64,000 nt of DNA from an uncultured archaeon (GTDB taxonomy: Archaea; Thermoproteota; EX4484-205; JAAOZP01), in contig CALIBN010000002.1 of the NCBI GenBank assembly GCA_938045545.1, forward strand, positions 1 through 64,000, read 5' to 3'. Below, in pieces: positions 10,036 to 19,477 of this stretch. Under the pieces are notes generated by a model. The model was not told where the DNA came from. It saw only the letters and a program-made list of their open reading frames with translations, and did not search any database. How positions within the stretch are numbered: the stretch's first letter is position 1; every line of letters begins with the position of its first letter. The position numbers and the translations under genes were made by a program.

Positions 10036-10433
10036 GTGGAGAAAAGGATAAGATACATGGACAAGCTTGCTCATATAGATAGGAGGATGCTAATATAGAA
10101 TCTTGGTTACCCTCCCAAGATGAAGAGAGAACTTGATTAGCAATCTACAAGGCTTTTCAGGAGATAGTTGAAGCATTCTTTGACATGCTATCTATGAAAC
10201 TCGACGAATTGAAAATACCCCCGAAGGACGATTATACTAACATTCTGTTAATTGAAGAAAAAGGATTAATCGATAAAGATACCTCCAGTATTCTAAGTGC
10301 AAACGGATTGAGAAATAGACTTGTCTATAACTATAACAAAATATCAGACAAATTAGCGCTGGAATCGATAAAAACCCTCCTTCCCAAATTGGCTAAAATA
10401 AGGAAGGATTTAGAGTCATGGACGAGTACATAG
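10036..10433 (+). pseudogene. HEPN (DUF86/HepT) toxin, disrupted
   Basis: VEKRIRYMDKL..., frameshift, in-frame TGA, then AIYKAFQEIVEAFFD...PPKDDYTN...ANGLRNRLVYNYN; catalytic Rx4H reads RNRLVY. Confidence 0.8.
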
Positions 10434-10775
10434 ACCTATACCAGTTATCCAGATTAAGGGTGTTTTAGCAATACTCCTATTCGGCTCTAAGGCGAAGGGA
10501 GAAACGATGATAAGAGATGCCGACGTTTGCATAGTTACACCAGAGGTTAACGATAAAGCAGGATTAATGCTAGACGTGTTCTTCAGGGTTAATAACCAGA
10601 AGTACGATATCTGGTTGTTTGAAGAACTTCACTCTATATGAAGGCTGAAATCATAAAGACCCACAAGGTAGTATGGTATAGAGATATAGACGAGCTTTAT
10701 GACTATTTCGCTAACCTTATGAAAATATGGAGAGACCAAGAAGTCAGAATTAGAACGTATATCAAAGAATTATAA
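10418..10775 (+). pseudogene. Minimal nucleotidyltransferase (MNT/MntA) antitoxin, frameshifted
   Basis: ILLFGSKAKGE..RDADVCIV (GS..DxD) and YDIWLFEEL, then a frameshift to LYMKAEII...YDYF...KIWRDQ. Confidence 0.8.
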
Positions 10776-11165
10776 AAGAGGCAGATCATAAATTGCTGGC
10801 CAACCGCTTAACGCATGACGGAGGGAAATCAGGGTAGAAAAGAAAACTAAACACATTCTCATCGGAAACATCTTCTTCAAGTTGTAAACAGTAAAAAATG
10901 TTATTTATTTCTTAAGTAATCTCTCCCACTAGCTCTGAGTCTTTCAATTTGGGATTTCTAGCCTTGTTCAAAGAGTCGATCGAATATACTGCAATCGTAT
11001 TTAAATCGCTCACTTTAGATTCAAGGTCTCAGCAACCATGTAGCGCGCACAAGCGGGAGTAAACGGGATTCATGCCGAGCAATTTCGGAATAAGCTGGCT
11101 CACGCTTACTGGTAACTAAAGGATTGGAGTAAACTCGAAAATTCGTCCTTTCGAGCGCGTGAAGC

Positions 11166-11804
11166 CTATCTCCCAGTGGTCCAGATCCTCTGGAACTCCC
11201 TTTCGAGGGCCGTGGCCAGCTCCGCGCTTCGAATCACCAGCAAGTTCTCATTGTTATCTCGGTCTGCTGACGCAGTCCAATTGAAGCTGCCGATCAAGAC
11301 TATGTGACCGTCGATTATCGCTACCTTGTGGTGCATGAGATTCGGGTTAGTGTCGTTCCTCACCTGGACTCCGGCTGCCTTCAGGCGGAAGTATTCGCTA
11401 TACTTCGTAACTTGCTGCTCCTCGAACACGATCTTAACCTCTACCCCTCTTTGGTACGCAGCAAGAACCGCGTCGCCTATACTGTCGAGAGTGAAGCTAT
11501 AGATCAGGACGTGGATGCTCAAGTTAGCCCTGTCCAGCCAGTGGATCAAGGTTGAAGCACATCCGCCCCTTGGAGAGAAGTAGACACCCAAGATTGAGAC
11601 CTCAGGGACAGCTTCGGCAGCCTTCAGCGCTACTATCGTGGCGTTCAGCTCCTGAATCTCTTCATTCAGCCGCGAAATTTCGGCCTGAGCGGCACCTAGC
11701 TGAGACTGGAGGGAGCTGATCTGAGATCCGGCGAGACCGAAGTATCCCAAGGCCACGCCGATTAGAAGCCCGCCAACGGCCAGCGCAATCACCTCATTTT
11801 TCAT
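11166..11804 (-). CDS. Membrane-anchored phospholipase D-family (Nuc-like) endonuclease
   Basis: N-terminal TM helix, coiled coil, YFSPRGG, IYSFT, single HKD motif HHKVAIID, GSFNWT, NNENLLVI. Confidence 0.85.
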   Translation of the reverse strand: MKNEVIALAVGGLLIGVALGYFGLAGSQISSLQSQLGAAQAEISRLNEEIQELNATIVALKAAEAVPEVSILGVYFSPRGGCASTLIHWLDRANLSIHVLIYSFTLDSIGDAVLAAYQRGVEVKIVFEEQQVTKYSEYFRLKAAGVQVRNDTNPNLMHHKVAIIDGHIVLIGSFNWTASADRDNNENLLVIRSAELATALEREFQRIWTTGR

Positions 11805-12039
11805 TTTCTACGTCATTTGAATTCCTAGAGATTTGGATTAATAAATCCTACTTAGATGGCAGCAAGGTAAACTCCTAATCCGAGTTACCGCACACAACAA
11901 TAGCGCGCCTTTCTCCGATTTTTCGTCCAATAATATTTGGTAAGAGGATTAGTTGAATCTCAAACCTCACTTTCCTTCTACAGCTTCTCTAGGATTCTAT
12001 GATCTTCTCGCACGCTGAAGCAGGAAACAGTTTTAGAAT

Positions 12040-12930
12040 TTAGGTTTCAGATATTAGCTTCTTGATAAATTCCACGTCCTTTTTCAAAACAGTTTTTCTC
12101 TCTTCCCGACCATACTTTCCTAGAGACTCGTCTTCGATGGTTAAATCGCCAGCATACCCAGCTTTCCTCAAGACCTGAACGACCCTTTTCAAGTCAATAT
12201 CTCCTTCGTACAGAGGTACTGCAACCTGAGGAAAATCTATCCCAGGACGCCTCTGCTTTTCCCTCCTAGCTTCAGGATATTTTAAATTTTTAAGATGAGT
12301 ATGTTTAACTAGTTTTGCATACTTTTCTATGAGTTCATGAACCTTACTCAACGGATAACCATACCAATAGAAGTTTCCGGTGTCTAACGTCAAGCCTATT
12401 CTCTCATCATTCACCTCTTTAAAAGCATGGTCTAAAAATCGCTCATCGTTACTAACATAGCCGTGATTCTCTACAGCATAAGCTACGCTGCTGCCCCTCG
12501 TCTCTCTTAAAAGGGATTTCATTATTTTAACGAAGTGCTCAGCATACTCTTCAATTGGCTTCTCTCCCATTATTTGCATATGCGAGTTTATCCGTATCAC
12601 TTCAACCCCGATTTCATCCGCAAGTTGTGTCGCCTTTTTAATATAATTCAGCTCCTCTTCCAGATTTTCACTTGAAAAATCATTTTCCAACAATATGGTG
12701 CACGGTTTTATACCCATATTTTTAGAAAATTCTAAAAATTCTTTTCTTTCACGAGCGTCTCTCAGGTTAAAACCTAGCTTCACTATGTGGCCCATATCTT
12801 CATACGTGTCTTGAGTTAATGTTTTGTTGACGTACATTTCATACCTATCTAAACCCAAGTCCTTTAAACCTTTAACGAGATCCTCGTAACCAACCCATAC
12901 TACTGTGAAATCCCTTACTGAGACATACAT
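12040..12930 (-). CDS. Sugar phosphate isomerase/epimerase (xylose isomerase-like TIM barrel)
   Basis: AVENHG, LDTGNFYW, HTHLKN, GDIDL, TIEDE metal-binding motifs. Confidence 0.85.
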   Translation of the reverse strand: MYVSVRDFTVVWVGYEDLVKGLKDLGLDRYEMYVNKTLTQDTYEDMGHIVKLGFNLRDARERKEFLEFSKNMGIKPCTILLENDFSSENLEEELNYIKKATQLADEIGVEVIRINSHMQIMGEKPIEEYAEHFVKIMKSLLRETRGSSVAYAVENHGYVSNDERFLDHAFKEVNDERIGLTLDTGNFYWYGYPLSKVHELIEKYAKLVKHTHLKNLKYPEARREKQRRPGIDFPQVAVPLYEGDIDLKRVVQVLRKAGYAGDLTIEDESLGKYGREERKTVLKKDVEFIKKLISET

Positions 12931-13066
12931 TTGATCCTACAATAACAGGGATATTAATAAACTTATCAAGTGGCCAATATGCCAAATCTCATAAAGCCAT
13001 GCATAGCGATCTATAGAAGCAGTGTGGAAGCTGATTTGAAAAACATATAGTTCAATTAGTACTCGG

Positions 13067-13582
13067 CTATTTTGATTTTAACCCATATTTTTCCCAATGC
13101 GTTATTTCTTCAAGCGGTCTCCTGTTTCTGCTGGGTTTCTCATCAGGATAGCCGACTGAAACAGTACATAGAACTCTAAGACCGTCAGGTATTCCTAGCA
13201 GCTTCCTTATAGGTTCTTCAAAGGAAGTGTTCAAAACGCCCATCCAGCATGTTCCTAGCCCCATAGAGTGGGCAGCGAGAAGGAAGTTTTGCACGGAAAC
13301 CGCGACATCCCCGTGATACCAGTTGCTGCTCCTCCCGGGGTCAGCTATGAAAACCACTACGACGGGGCTGTCAGCCATGAACCTTCCGTACCTATGTATC
13401 TCCGCAAGCTTCCTCCTAGTCTCAGGGTTCTTCACCACTAGAAACTCCCATGGCTGAGAATTGTTAGCTGAGGGAGCCCATCTGGCTGCTTCAAGACACT
13501 CCATTATCTTCTCGTCCTCCACAGGAGTCGACTTATACTTTCTAATGCTCCGCCTAGTTTTAATCGCCTCCATCACATCCAT
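13067..13582 (-). CDS. Nitroreductase family protein
   Basis: RRSIRKY, AARWAPSANNSQPW, GLGTCW, VGYPDE. Confidence 0.92.
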   Translation of the reverse strand: MDVMEAIKTRRSIRKYKSTPVEDEKIMECLEAARWAPSANNSQPWEFLVVKNPETRRKLAEIHRYGRFMADSPVVVVFIADPGRSSNWYHGDVAVSVQNFLLAAHSMGLGTCWMGVLNTSFEEPIRKLLGIPDGLRVLCTVSVGYPDEKPSRNRRPLEEITHWEKYGLKSK

Positions 13583-13715
13583 CTTTAAACACCTAAGAAG
13601 ATTTCATGAAACATCTTAATATGGTTTACTATGATCTGGAAGACCCCTTTAACAACAGAATTCCAGAATTCGATTAGGGAAAGTAGCAAACGGGATTTGG
13701 AAAACTAGAAAGTTT

Positions 13716-14888
13716 TTAAGCCTTACTGGCTCCGGCTTCGAATACCCAGCTATCAAGGTTTTTACAAATTAATGTAAGGATCCGCATAGACTCCTCCGGT
13801 CTCATGGCGAGAAAAAGCGCGGCAACATGCTTGCAGAACTGTTTTTGACCAATTCTTTTAACCCAGTCCTCACAGTCATGCTTCAGCCTCCTGTTAGGAA
13901 TATTTATGATGACAGCGTATTCCTTAACCCTAGCTTTAACCTTCTCCTCTCCAGCCTCCTCAACAACCACTTTCCCAACCAGTTCCCTCGCCCTCTCCAG
14001 CCTACCCACCTCAAGGAAGGCTGAGACCAGTTTCTCAATGTCTTTTTCACCTGAAGAAAGCACTGCTTCAACCCTGCGAACCGTCCTCCTTAAACCCTGC
14101 TCTTCAAAGTAGTTTAGAACCCTGTTCAAAGCCTCCTCCTGAGGCTTTTCCATGACTCCGACGATTCTCATCATTTGAAGCGCGTTCTTCACCGCATATC
14201 CCCTGAAGTGGTTGTTAAAATAGACGTAAACCTTCTTAGCCTTGTACGAGAGCTCCTCAAGCTTTCCCTTCCACTCCTCAAGCTCCTCAATCCTGTAATC
14301 GTAATAGTACCAAGGCCTGTTCCCCCTGCCGTGAAACCTTACGTATGAAAAATCTCCCGTAACCTTCAACAATGCAGGCAGAAGAGGCTCGTCGACAATA
14401 CAGTAACCCACATTGTTCTCGGACAGAACCCTGAAAGACTCATCCATCAGCCAAGTCGGATGCCTGAACTCGACAGTAAAATCGTAACCTTCAGGAAGGC
14501 TTTCTAAGAACTCTTTAAAGCCTTTGAAGGCTGCAACAGGCTTGGGTGGAAGCTGGAAAAGCAGTGGCCCAAGCTTCCCGTCTTCCTTGAGAGGAGCCAG
14601 CGCACTCAGGAAGAGCTTTAAATCCCTCAGAGCACCCTTCTCCAAATCCATTAGTTTCACGTGAGTCACTGTTTTAGGAACCTTAAGGGAAAATACGAAG
14701 CCTTTCGGCGAGGACCTGGCAATAGTACGTATGAATCCCAGGTTAGGCTGTTTATAGAAGGTTGAATCCACTTCAACCGTCTTGAAAACATCCGCATACT
14801 GCTGGAACATTTTCTCACTACTTGTGTAGAACACAGTTAGCCAATCCTTATAGCTCCAGCCCGATGTCCCTACAACAATATTATCCAA
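13716..14888 (-). CDS. DUF72 TIM-barrel protein with C-terminal SWIM-like zinc finger
   Basis: GTSGWSY, VEVDSTFY, LFQLPP, VEFRHPTW, YVRFHGR, YFNNH; tail HDCEDW...FCKHVAALF. Confidence 0.85.
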   Translation of the reverse strand: MDNIVVGTSGWSYKDWLTVFYTSSEKMFQQYADVFKTVEVDSTFYKQPNLGFIRTIARSSPKGFVFSLKVPKTVTHVKLMDLEKGALRDLKLFLSALAPLKEDGKLGPLLFQLPPKPVAAFKGFKEFLESLPEGYDFTVEFRHPTWLMDESFRVLSENNVGYCIVDEPLLPALLKVTGDFSYVRFHGRGNRPWYYYDYRIEELEEWKGKLEELSYKAKKVYVYFNNHFRGYAVKNALQMMRIVGVMEKPQEEALNRVLNYFEEQGLRRTVRRVEAVLSSGEKDIEKLVSAFLEVGRLERARELVGKVVVEEAGEEKVKARVKEYAVIINIPNRRLKHDCEDWVKRIGQKQFCKHVAALFLAMRPEESMRILTLICKNLDSWVFEAGASKA

Positions 14889-15364
14889 CCCTTTAGAACA
14901 TCTACTCTACGGGTGATAAACTTTTAGTTGAATCTGACACTCCTATGACTAAAGCCAACTGGATTCCCGTCGTCGCCCTCGGGCCCACCATACCGGGTAA
15001 AGTGCTTTATGGAAAACGTATACCGCGCGCTTTTCTTAGGTTACTTCTACTATAAGGCAGGCAGGAACCTTTTAGAACCTGTGACTACCATTTCAGCAAC
15101 TTGTTCTTTAACATACCGTATGTATGGATGTAGCCGGCGGCAGTATCCTTTAGAATCCATCCTTTTTTCCGGAATTCGCGTGCACTGGTTTTCCCAATGG
15201 ACTCTGAAACCCCATATTTAAATCCAGATACTGATCCTTAGAAAGATTCGTTTAAACAAGCTAACCACATAGAGCAATTTAGAAGATTAGTATCAACCTC
15301 GTCTGCAATCTATCTAAAATGTTATATAATCTGTTGTAAGCTTCTAAAAAGGTAGGGGTATTTA

Positions 15365-16195
15365 ATGGCTCTCGGAGAAAAAGTTATAGCTTTGCAACTG
15401 CTTAAAAAAAGGTTAGGGATGCTCTGGGAATATTTAACAAGCCCCGATATAAAGGAAGTGGCTGAGAAGAAACTCGTCGCGATTCTCCCAGTAGGCTCGG
15501 TCGAGATACATGGACCCCACATGCCGACTGGAACAGACTCCATAACTATTCGCGAGATAACTAGAATGGCCGCTGAAAAGGAGCCTGCAGTAGTTTTGCC
15601 TACGCTATACTATGTTTATGTGCCTGAGAACCGGCATTTTCCTGGAACCATATCGCTAAGCGCTAGGACAATCCTTACTATTCTTGAGGAAATATGCGAC
15701 GAGGTGGCGAGAAACGGTTTTAAAAAAATCCTTATTGTAAACGGTCATGGAGGAAACAATAATCTTCTAAGGGTTTTCCTGAGGGAAAGCCTGCATAAGA
15801 AGAAGGATTATACTATTTACGCGTTAATTGAGCCCTGGTCATCAATAGAAGAGATTGCTGAGAAAATATGCGAGAGCAAGATAACTGGGCATGCTTGCGA
15901 GCGTGAAACCAGCATGGGGCTATACTTGTTTGAAAACCTGATTAAGATGGAGAATGTTAAGCATGAGGCGGAGATAGGAGGTACGAATCTGCCTGGAGTA
16001 GAGACGCCTGCCGACTGGCAGGCCTACGCGGTCCAGCTTTATCTCGGTGACCCTAGGCTGGCAACTAAGGAGAAGGGCAGAATCATGGTTGAAAAGCTTG
16101 TTGATTACGTGGCAGATGCTATAAGAAGGGTTAAGCAGGATGAGAGGGTTCCAGCGATACTCGACGATTTCTACAGGAAGGCCTACGGGCAGTAG
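15365..16195 (+). CDS. Creatininase / mycofactocin MftE-like amidohydrolase (probable start about 15419)
   Basis: PVGSVEIHGPHMPTGTD, NGHGGN, GHACERETS, GDPRLATKEKG. Confidence 0.88.
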   Translation: MALGEKVIALQLLKKRLGMLWEYLTSPDIKEVAEKKLVAILPVGSVEIHGPHMPTGTDSITIREITRMAAEKEPAVVLPTLYYVYVPENRHFPGTISLSARTILTILEEICDEVARNGFKKILIVNGHGGNNNLLRVFLRESLHKKKDYTIYALIEPWSSIEEIAEKICESKITGHACERETSMGLYLFENLIKMENVKHEAEIGGTNLPGVETPADWQAYAVQLYLGDPRLATKEKGRIMVEKLVDYVADAIRRVKQDERVPAILDDFYRKAYGQ

Positions 16196-16221
16196 TGAAT
16201 GCCAGCATGGAAAGCAGCATG

Positions 16222-17343
16222 CTAAAACCAGTCTGAGTGCCAGATATGGGGATTTCCTGGTGGAAACAATGTTTCTAAAGTTTTCTCAACCTTCCCCTCA
16301 TGCTTCACGGCTTGGTCGACTAAGACGTTCTTCGGATCCCTATATCCAAGAATGAGTTGCATCAACACCCATTGCGGGAGCTCAACCCAGTTCGCCGACA
16401 AGGTTTCTGAAAGAGACACCCCGGATTCGGAAACTTCGAGAGTAGCAATGCCTATGTCGGTTTTAAAAGATATTTGCGAAGCCAGATCCTTCACACACGC
16501 TTTTTCCAAACGGTCCTCAAATACTGAAACAAGCTTCTCGAAGGTCGACTTGAGATTAATGATTCTCCCCATGCCGTCTGAAGCATATGGATAGTCGATG
16601 CTAATCGTGCAGCCGAGGCTTTTACAAAGCTCGGCGAAAGGATGGTCAAACGGGACGTATATTTCAAGCTCACTAGCCTTCTTCTGGAAAGCAGTGCCGC
16701 ACGCGTAGCGGAGCACATGCTCATACAGGGCAGCGTCTACAGCACCCACCTCAGTTATCCTCATTACCCTCGGCCAACGGTCAGAAGCACAATAGGCAAC
16801 TATCCTTCCAGACTCATCTTCGAAGACTGTTCCGTCAGCAGGTACTCCCCACCAGCTTCCCTTTCTAAATCTGAACCATTCACCCCTATATCTTTTAAGG
16901 GGGCCCGTCCTATGCTCGTTAGCCAACTCGTAAATGTCCAAGATAGCTTCAGCATCGTCCTTCACCATCGGGCGGGCTTTAAGCCCAGGCCTAGCCCTCT
17001 CAGCATTTCTTAAAGGCATGGTTATCTTGCAATTGGGAAGCGTTGAAGCATAACCCCATCTAATATAATAGTCAGGTATGCCGAACAACATTGAAACATC
17101 ATATTCGTTTCTAACCATGTATTCGATAGAAAACTCCATAACCTTTCTAGAATATCCTTTCATCCTGTGTTCCTCGAGCGTTCCAACTCCACCTACTCCG
17201 CCCATTTTCAGGAAGGTTTTCCCAACTTTTACTTCAAGATCATTGATGATGAGCCAGCTAACCGGCGACCCTCCCAGCTCATCCAGAAGAAGCTCAACTC
17301 TATGGGATCTTGCCGAGTCAGTAACCCTTATCTCGCTTCCCAT
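16222..17343 (-). CDS. Eis-like GNAT acetyltransferase
   Basis: GGVGGVGTLEEHRMKGYS acetyl-CoA motif, LFGIPDYYIRWGY, C-terminal SCP2-like domain ending ...WHSDWF. Confidence 0.8.
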   Translation of the reverse strand: MGSEIRVTDSARSHRVELLLDELGGSPVSWLIINDLEVKVGKTFLKMGGVGGVGTLEEHRMKGYSRKVMEFSIEYMVRNEYDVSMLFGIPDYYIRWGYASTLPNCKITMPLRNAERARPGLKARPMVKDDAEAILDIYELANEHRTGPLKRYRGEWFRFRKGSWWGVPADGTVFEDESGRIVAYCASDRWPRVMRITEVGAVDAALYEHVLRYACGTAFQKKASELEIYVPFDHPFAELCKSLGCTISIDYPYASDGMGRIINLKSTFEKLVSVFEDRLEKACVKDLASQISFKTDIGIATLEVSESGVSLSETLSANWVELPQWVLMQLILGYRDPKNVLVDQAVKHEGKVEKTLETLFPPGNPHIWHSDWF

Positions 17344-17390
17344 AGGCCTTTCTAAAAAACATGCTGTTAAAAAAACTTAGCGTATGCTAA

Positions 17391-18389
17391 TCATTTGGAC
17401 TCAATATAGTAGAGATCCTGCCTCGGATCCCTTATTAAAGGCCTTTTCTTGACGAAGTTGTTTCCGACAAGTATTGCGAGAGCGTGTCGCACAGTCCTCG
17501 CGGGGAGCATCGTCTTCTTAACAATGTCTTTCTGAGTTAAAGCCCCCTCGTATTCGAGAACCTTCAAAATTAGTTTAGCACTAGGAGGCAGACTGCTTAT
17601 GTCGAGAGACATCCTAGCCTTCTTCTCGAGCCTTCTTGCGAGAAGCGCTTCGCTGAGCCTTACGAAGCCAGCGTCTTCACCCTTCTTAACGACGACCCTG
17701 TCAGTTATCCTCATTCTATACCCCCCATCCACGATTACTTCGCAAGCCGAATTGCTGACTATGTCTCGGATTTCTATGAGGCTTTCAATAGGAGTTACCA
17801 AGGGTCTTCTAGTAAGGTTTAAAGAGTTAACCGGGACTATGCCTACCACCTTGGCTTTCGGATGTATTATTGGTCCTCCTGTCGAAAGAGCATACGCCGT
17901 TGAACCTATGGGCGTGGAAACTATCAGGCCGTCGCCTATATCCCTCCAGACGAACTCGCCGTCAACGTAAAGGCTGTATTCAAGTATTGTGGCACTTTTC
18001 CTCGGGAAGATTGCCAGCTCGTTTAGCGCACACGGTGTTTCAGAATCATCCACAACAGCCTTAAGCCTTGAAGAATACTCCACGCTATACTCTCTTCTTA
18101 GAAAAGCTCTTAAAGCGTCGCCGAGCCTCTCCAGCGTTGTCTCCATCAGGAAACTATTATTCTCAGTCTTGCTAACCCCCAGGATGAGCACATCCCTAGA
18201 TTTCACGTGGTGTAACGCTTTCAGAACATCCTTATCCTCGCCCAAGACAAGGAGAAGACCCTCGTTAAGCTTCTCAAGCTCTTCGAGACGCTTGACGCGC
18301 GTAACCTCCGCCCCGACACGATTAACTGTTCTCAAGCACTCCTTAAGGAGACCATGGTCGAACCCCGCTGGAGCTAACACTATGTTCAA
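17391..18389 (-). CDS. NAD kinase-fold protein with C-terminal winged HTH
   Basis: ALNELAIF and GDGLIVSTPIGSTAYALSTGGP (NAD kinase), GGDG replaced by GEDK; tail LPPSAKLILKVLEYEGALTQKDIVKKTMLPARTVRHALAIL (wHTH). Confidence 0.85.
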   Translation of the reverse strand: MNIVLAPAGFDHGLLKECLRTVNRVGAEVTRVKRLEELEKLNEGLLLVLGEDKDVLKALHHVKSRDVLILGVSKTENNSFLMETTLERLGDALRAFLRREYSVEYSSRLKAVVDDSETPCALNELAIFPRKSATILEYSLYVDGEFVWRDIGDGLIVSTPIGSTAYALSTGGPIIHPKAKVVGIVPVNSLNLTRRPLVTPIESLIEIRDIVSNSACEVIVDGGYRMRITDRVVVKKGEDAGFVRLSEALLARRLEKKARMSLDISSLPPSAKLILKVLEYEGALTQKDIVKKTMLPARTVRHALAILVGNNFVKKRPLIRDPRQDLYYIESK

Positions 18390-18444
18390 CTGGTTTCAGT
18401 AGTGTGTTAGAAGGGCTATTTATTGCTTTCAGCAGTTTAAAAAC

Positions 18445-18521
18445 GTTGCAACTCTATTTTGCCTCTTAATGAAGCACCTATGCAATTATTGCCTTAATAG
18501 AACCCCTTAAATAAGAGGGTT
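18445..18521. promoter_or_regulatory. Divergent promoter region with palindromes between the NADK-HTH gene and nadA
   Basis: GTTGCAAC (18445-52), GCAAT-T-ATTGC (18482-92), AACCCCTT-AAAT-AAGAGGGTT (18501-21) overlapping a TTAAATA box. Confidence 0.45.
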
Positions 18522-18541
18522 TTAGGCTTCAAGAGAAGCTG

Positions 18542-19477
18542 ATGGAAAACCTTAGCCGTAAAATACGGGAAAAGGCGAGAGACATCGGGGCCATAGTATT
18601 AGCCCATAATTATCAGAGGCCTGAGGTGCAGGATGTTGCTGATTTCGTCGGCGACAGCCTGGAACTTTCGGTCAAAGCCATGGAGACCGACGCGAAAACT
18701 ATAGTTTTCGCAGGCGTAGATTTCATGGTTGAGCAGGCGGCTGTGCTGAACCCTAGTAAGACAGTGTTAACGCCTGAGCCAAGCTCCATCTGCCCGATGG
18801 CTTGGCAGCTTGACCCGCCAGTGGTTGAAGAATATCGTAGGAGAAACCCGGATGCACCACTAGTAGTTTACGTGAATTCATTCGTCGAAGTAAAGTCTAT
18901 GGCTGACTACGTGGTTACCAGCAGCAGTGCCTCTAGGCTGGTTTCGAAGCTTGACGCTGGGAAAATCCTTTTCGGACCGGATAGGAATCTAGCGTCCTAC
19001 GTTGCTGAAACCACTGGGAAGGAGGTTATCGCTGTTCCACTTAACAGCTACTGCCCGGTTCACATAGGGATCACACCGGATAAAATATTATCTGTTAAGG
19101 AAAGGATGCCGGATGCGAAGGTACTTGTGCATCCGGAGTGCCCGCCTGAAACAAGGAGGCTGGCGGATTTCGTGGGCAGCACTAGCCAAATAATAAGAGC
19201 AGTGGGAGAGATTGATGCAAAGCGTTTTATAATAGGCACTGAGAACGGGGTGATTCACAGAATTTCAAAGCTTTATTCCGGTAAGGAGGCTTATCCTGTC
19301 AGTAAAGACACGATATGCCCCAACATGAAGAAGATAACGCTTGAAAAAGTATACAGGAGCCTCGTTAGCGGCGAGACTCTTGTAAAGATCGATGAGAAGC
19401 TTGCTGAAAAGGCTAGGAGAGTTCTTGAAAGAAGCTTTACTCTTCTGGGGGTTGAGACACCTTGGTCGAGGAAGTAG
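18542..19477 (+). CDS. nadA: Quinolinate synthase
   Basis: LAHNYQRPEVQDVADFVGDSL, CPMA, YVNS, CPVH, HPEC, GSTSQI, GTE.G, CPNMKKITL. Confidence 0.96.
   Translation: MENLSRKIREKARDIGAIVLAHNYQRPEVQDVADFVGDSLELSVKAMETDAKTIVFAGVDFMVEQAAVLNPSKTVLTPEPSSICPMAWQLDPPVVEEYRRRNPDAPLVVYVNSFVEVKSMADYVVTSSSASRLVSKLDAGKILFGPDRNLASYVAETTGKEVIAVPLNSYCPVHIGITPDKILSVKERMPDAKVLVHPECPPETRRLADFVGSTSQIIRAVGEIDAKRFIIGTENGVIHRISKLYSGKEAYPVSKDTICPNMKKITLEKVYRSLVSGETLVKIDEKLAEKARRVLERSFTLLGVETPWSRK

Noticed and set aside
10129-10140. In-frame TGA in the HEPN gene as possible selenocysteine
   Set aside because: The position is not a Cys-equivalent site, and the gene also has a frameshift and a lost catalytic His
14930-15330. 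400-bp gap with a GC-rich start (possible 5S rRNA, tRNA or the 70-aa ORF 15009-15221)
   Set aside because: No cloverleaf, TTCG/T-loop or 5S helices found; translations on both strands match no family I recognise; possibly an unidentifiable relic
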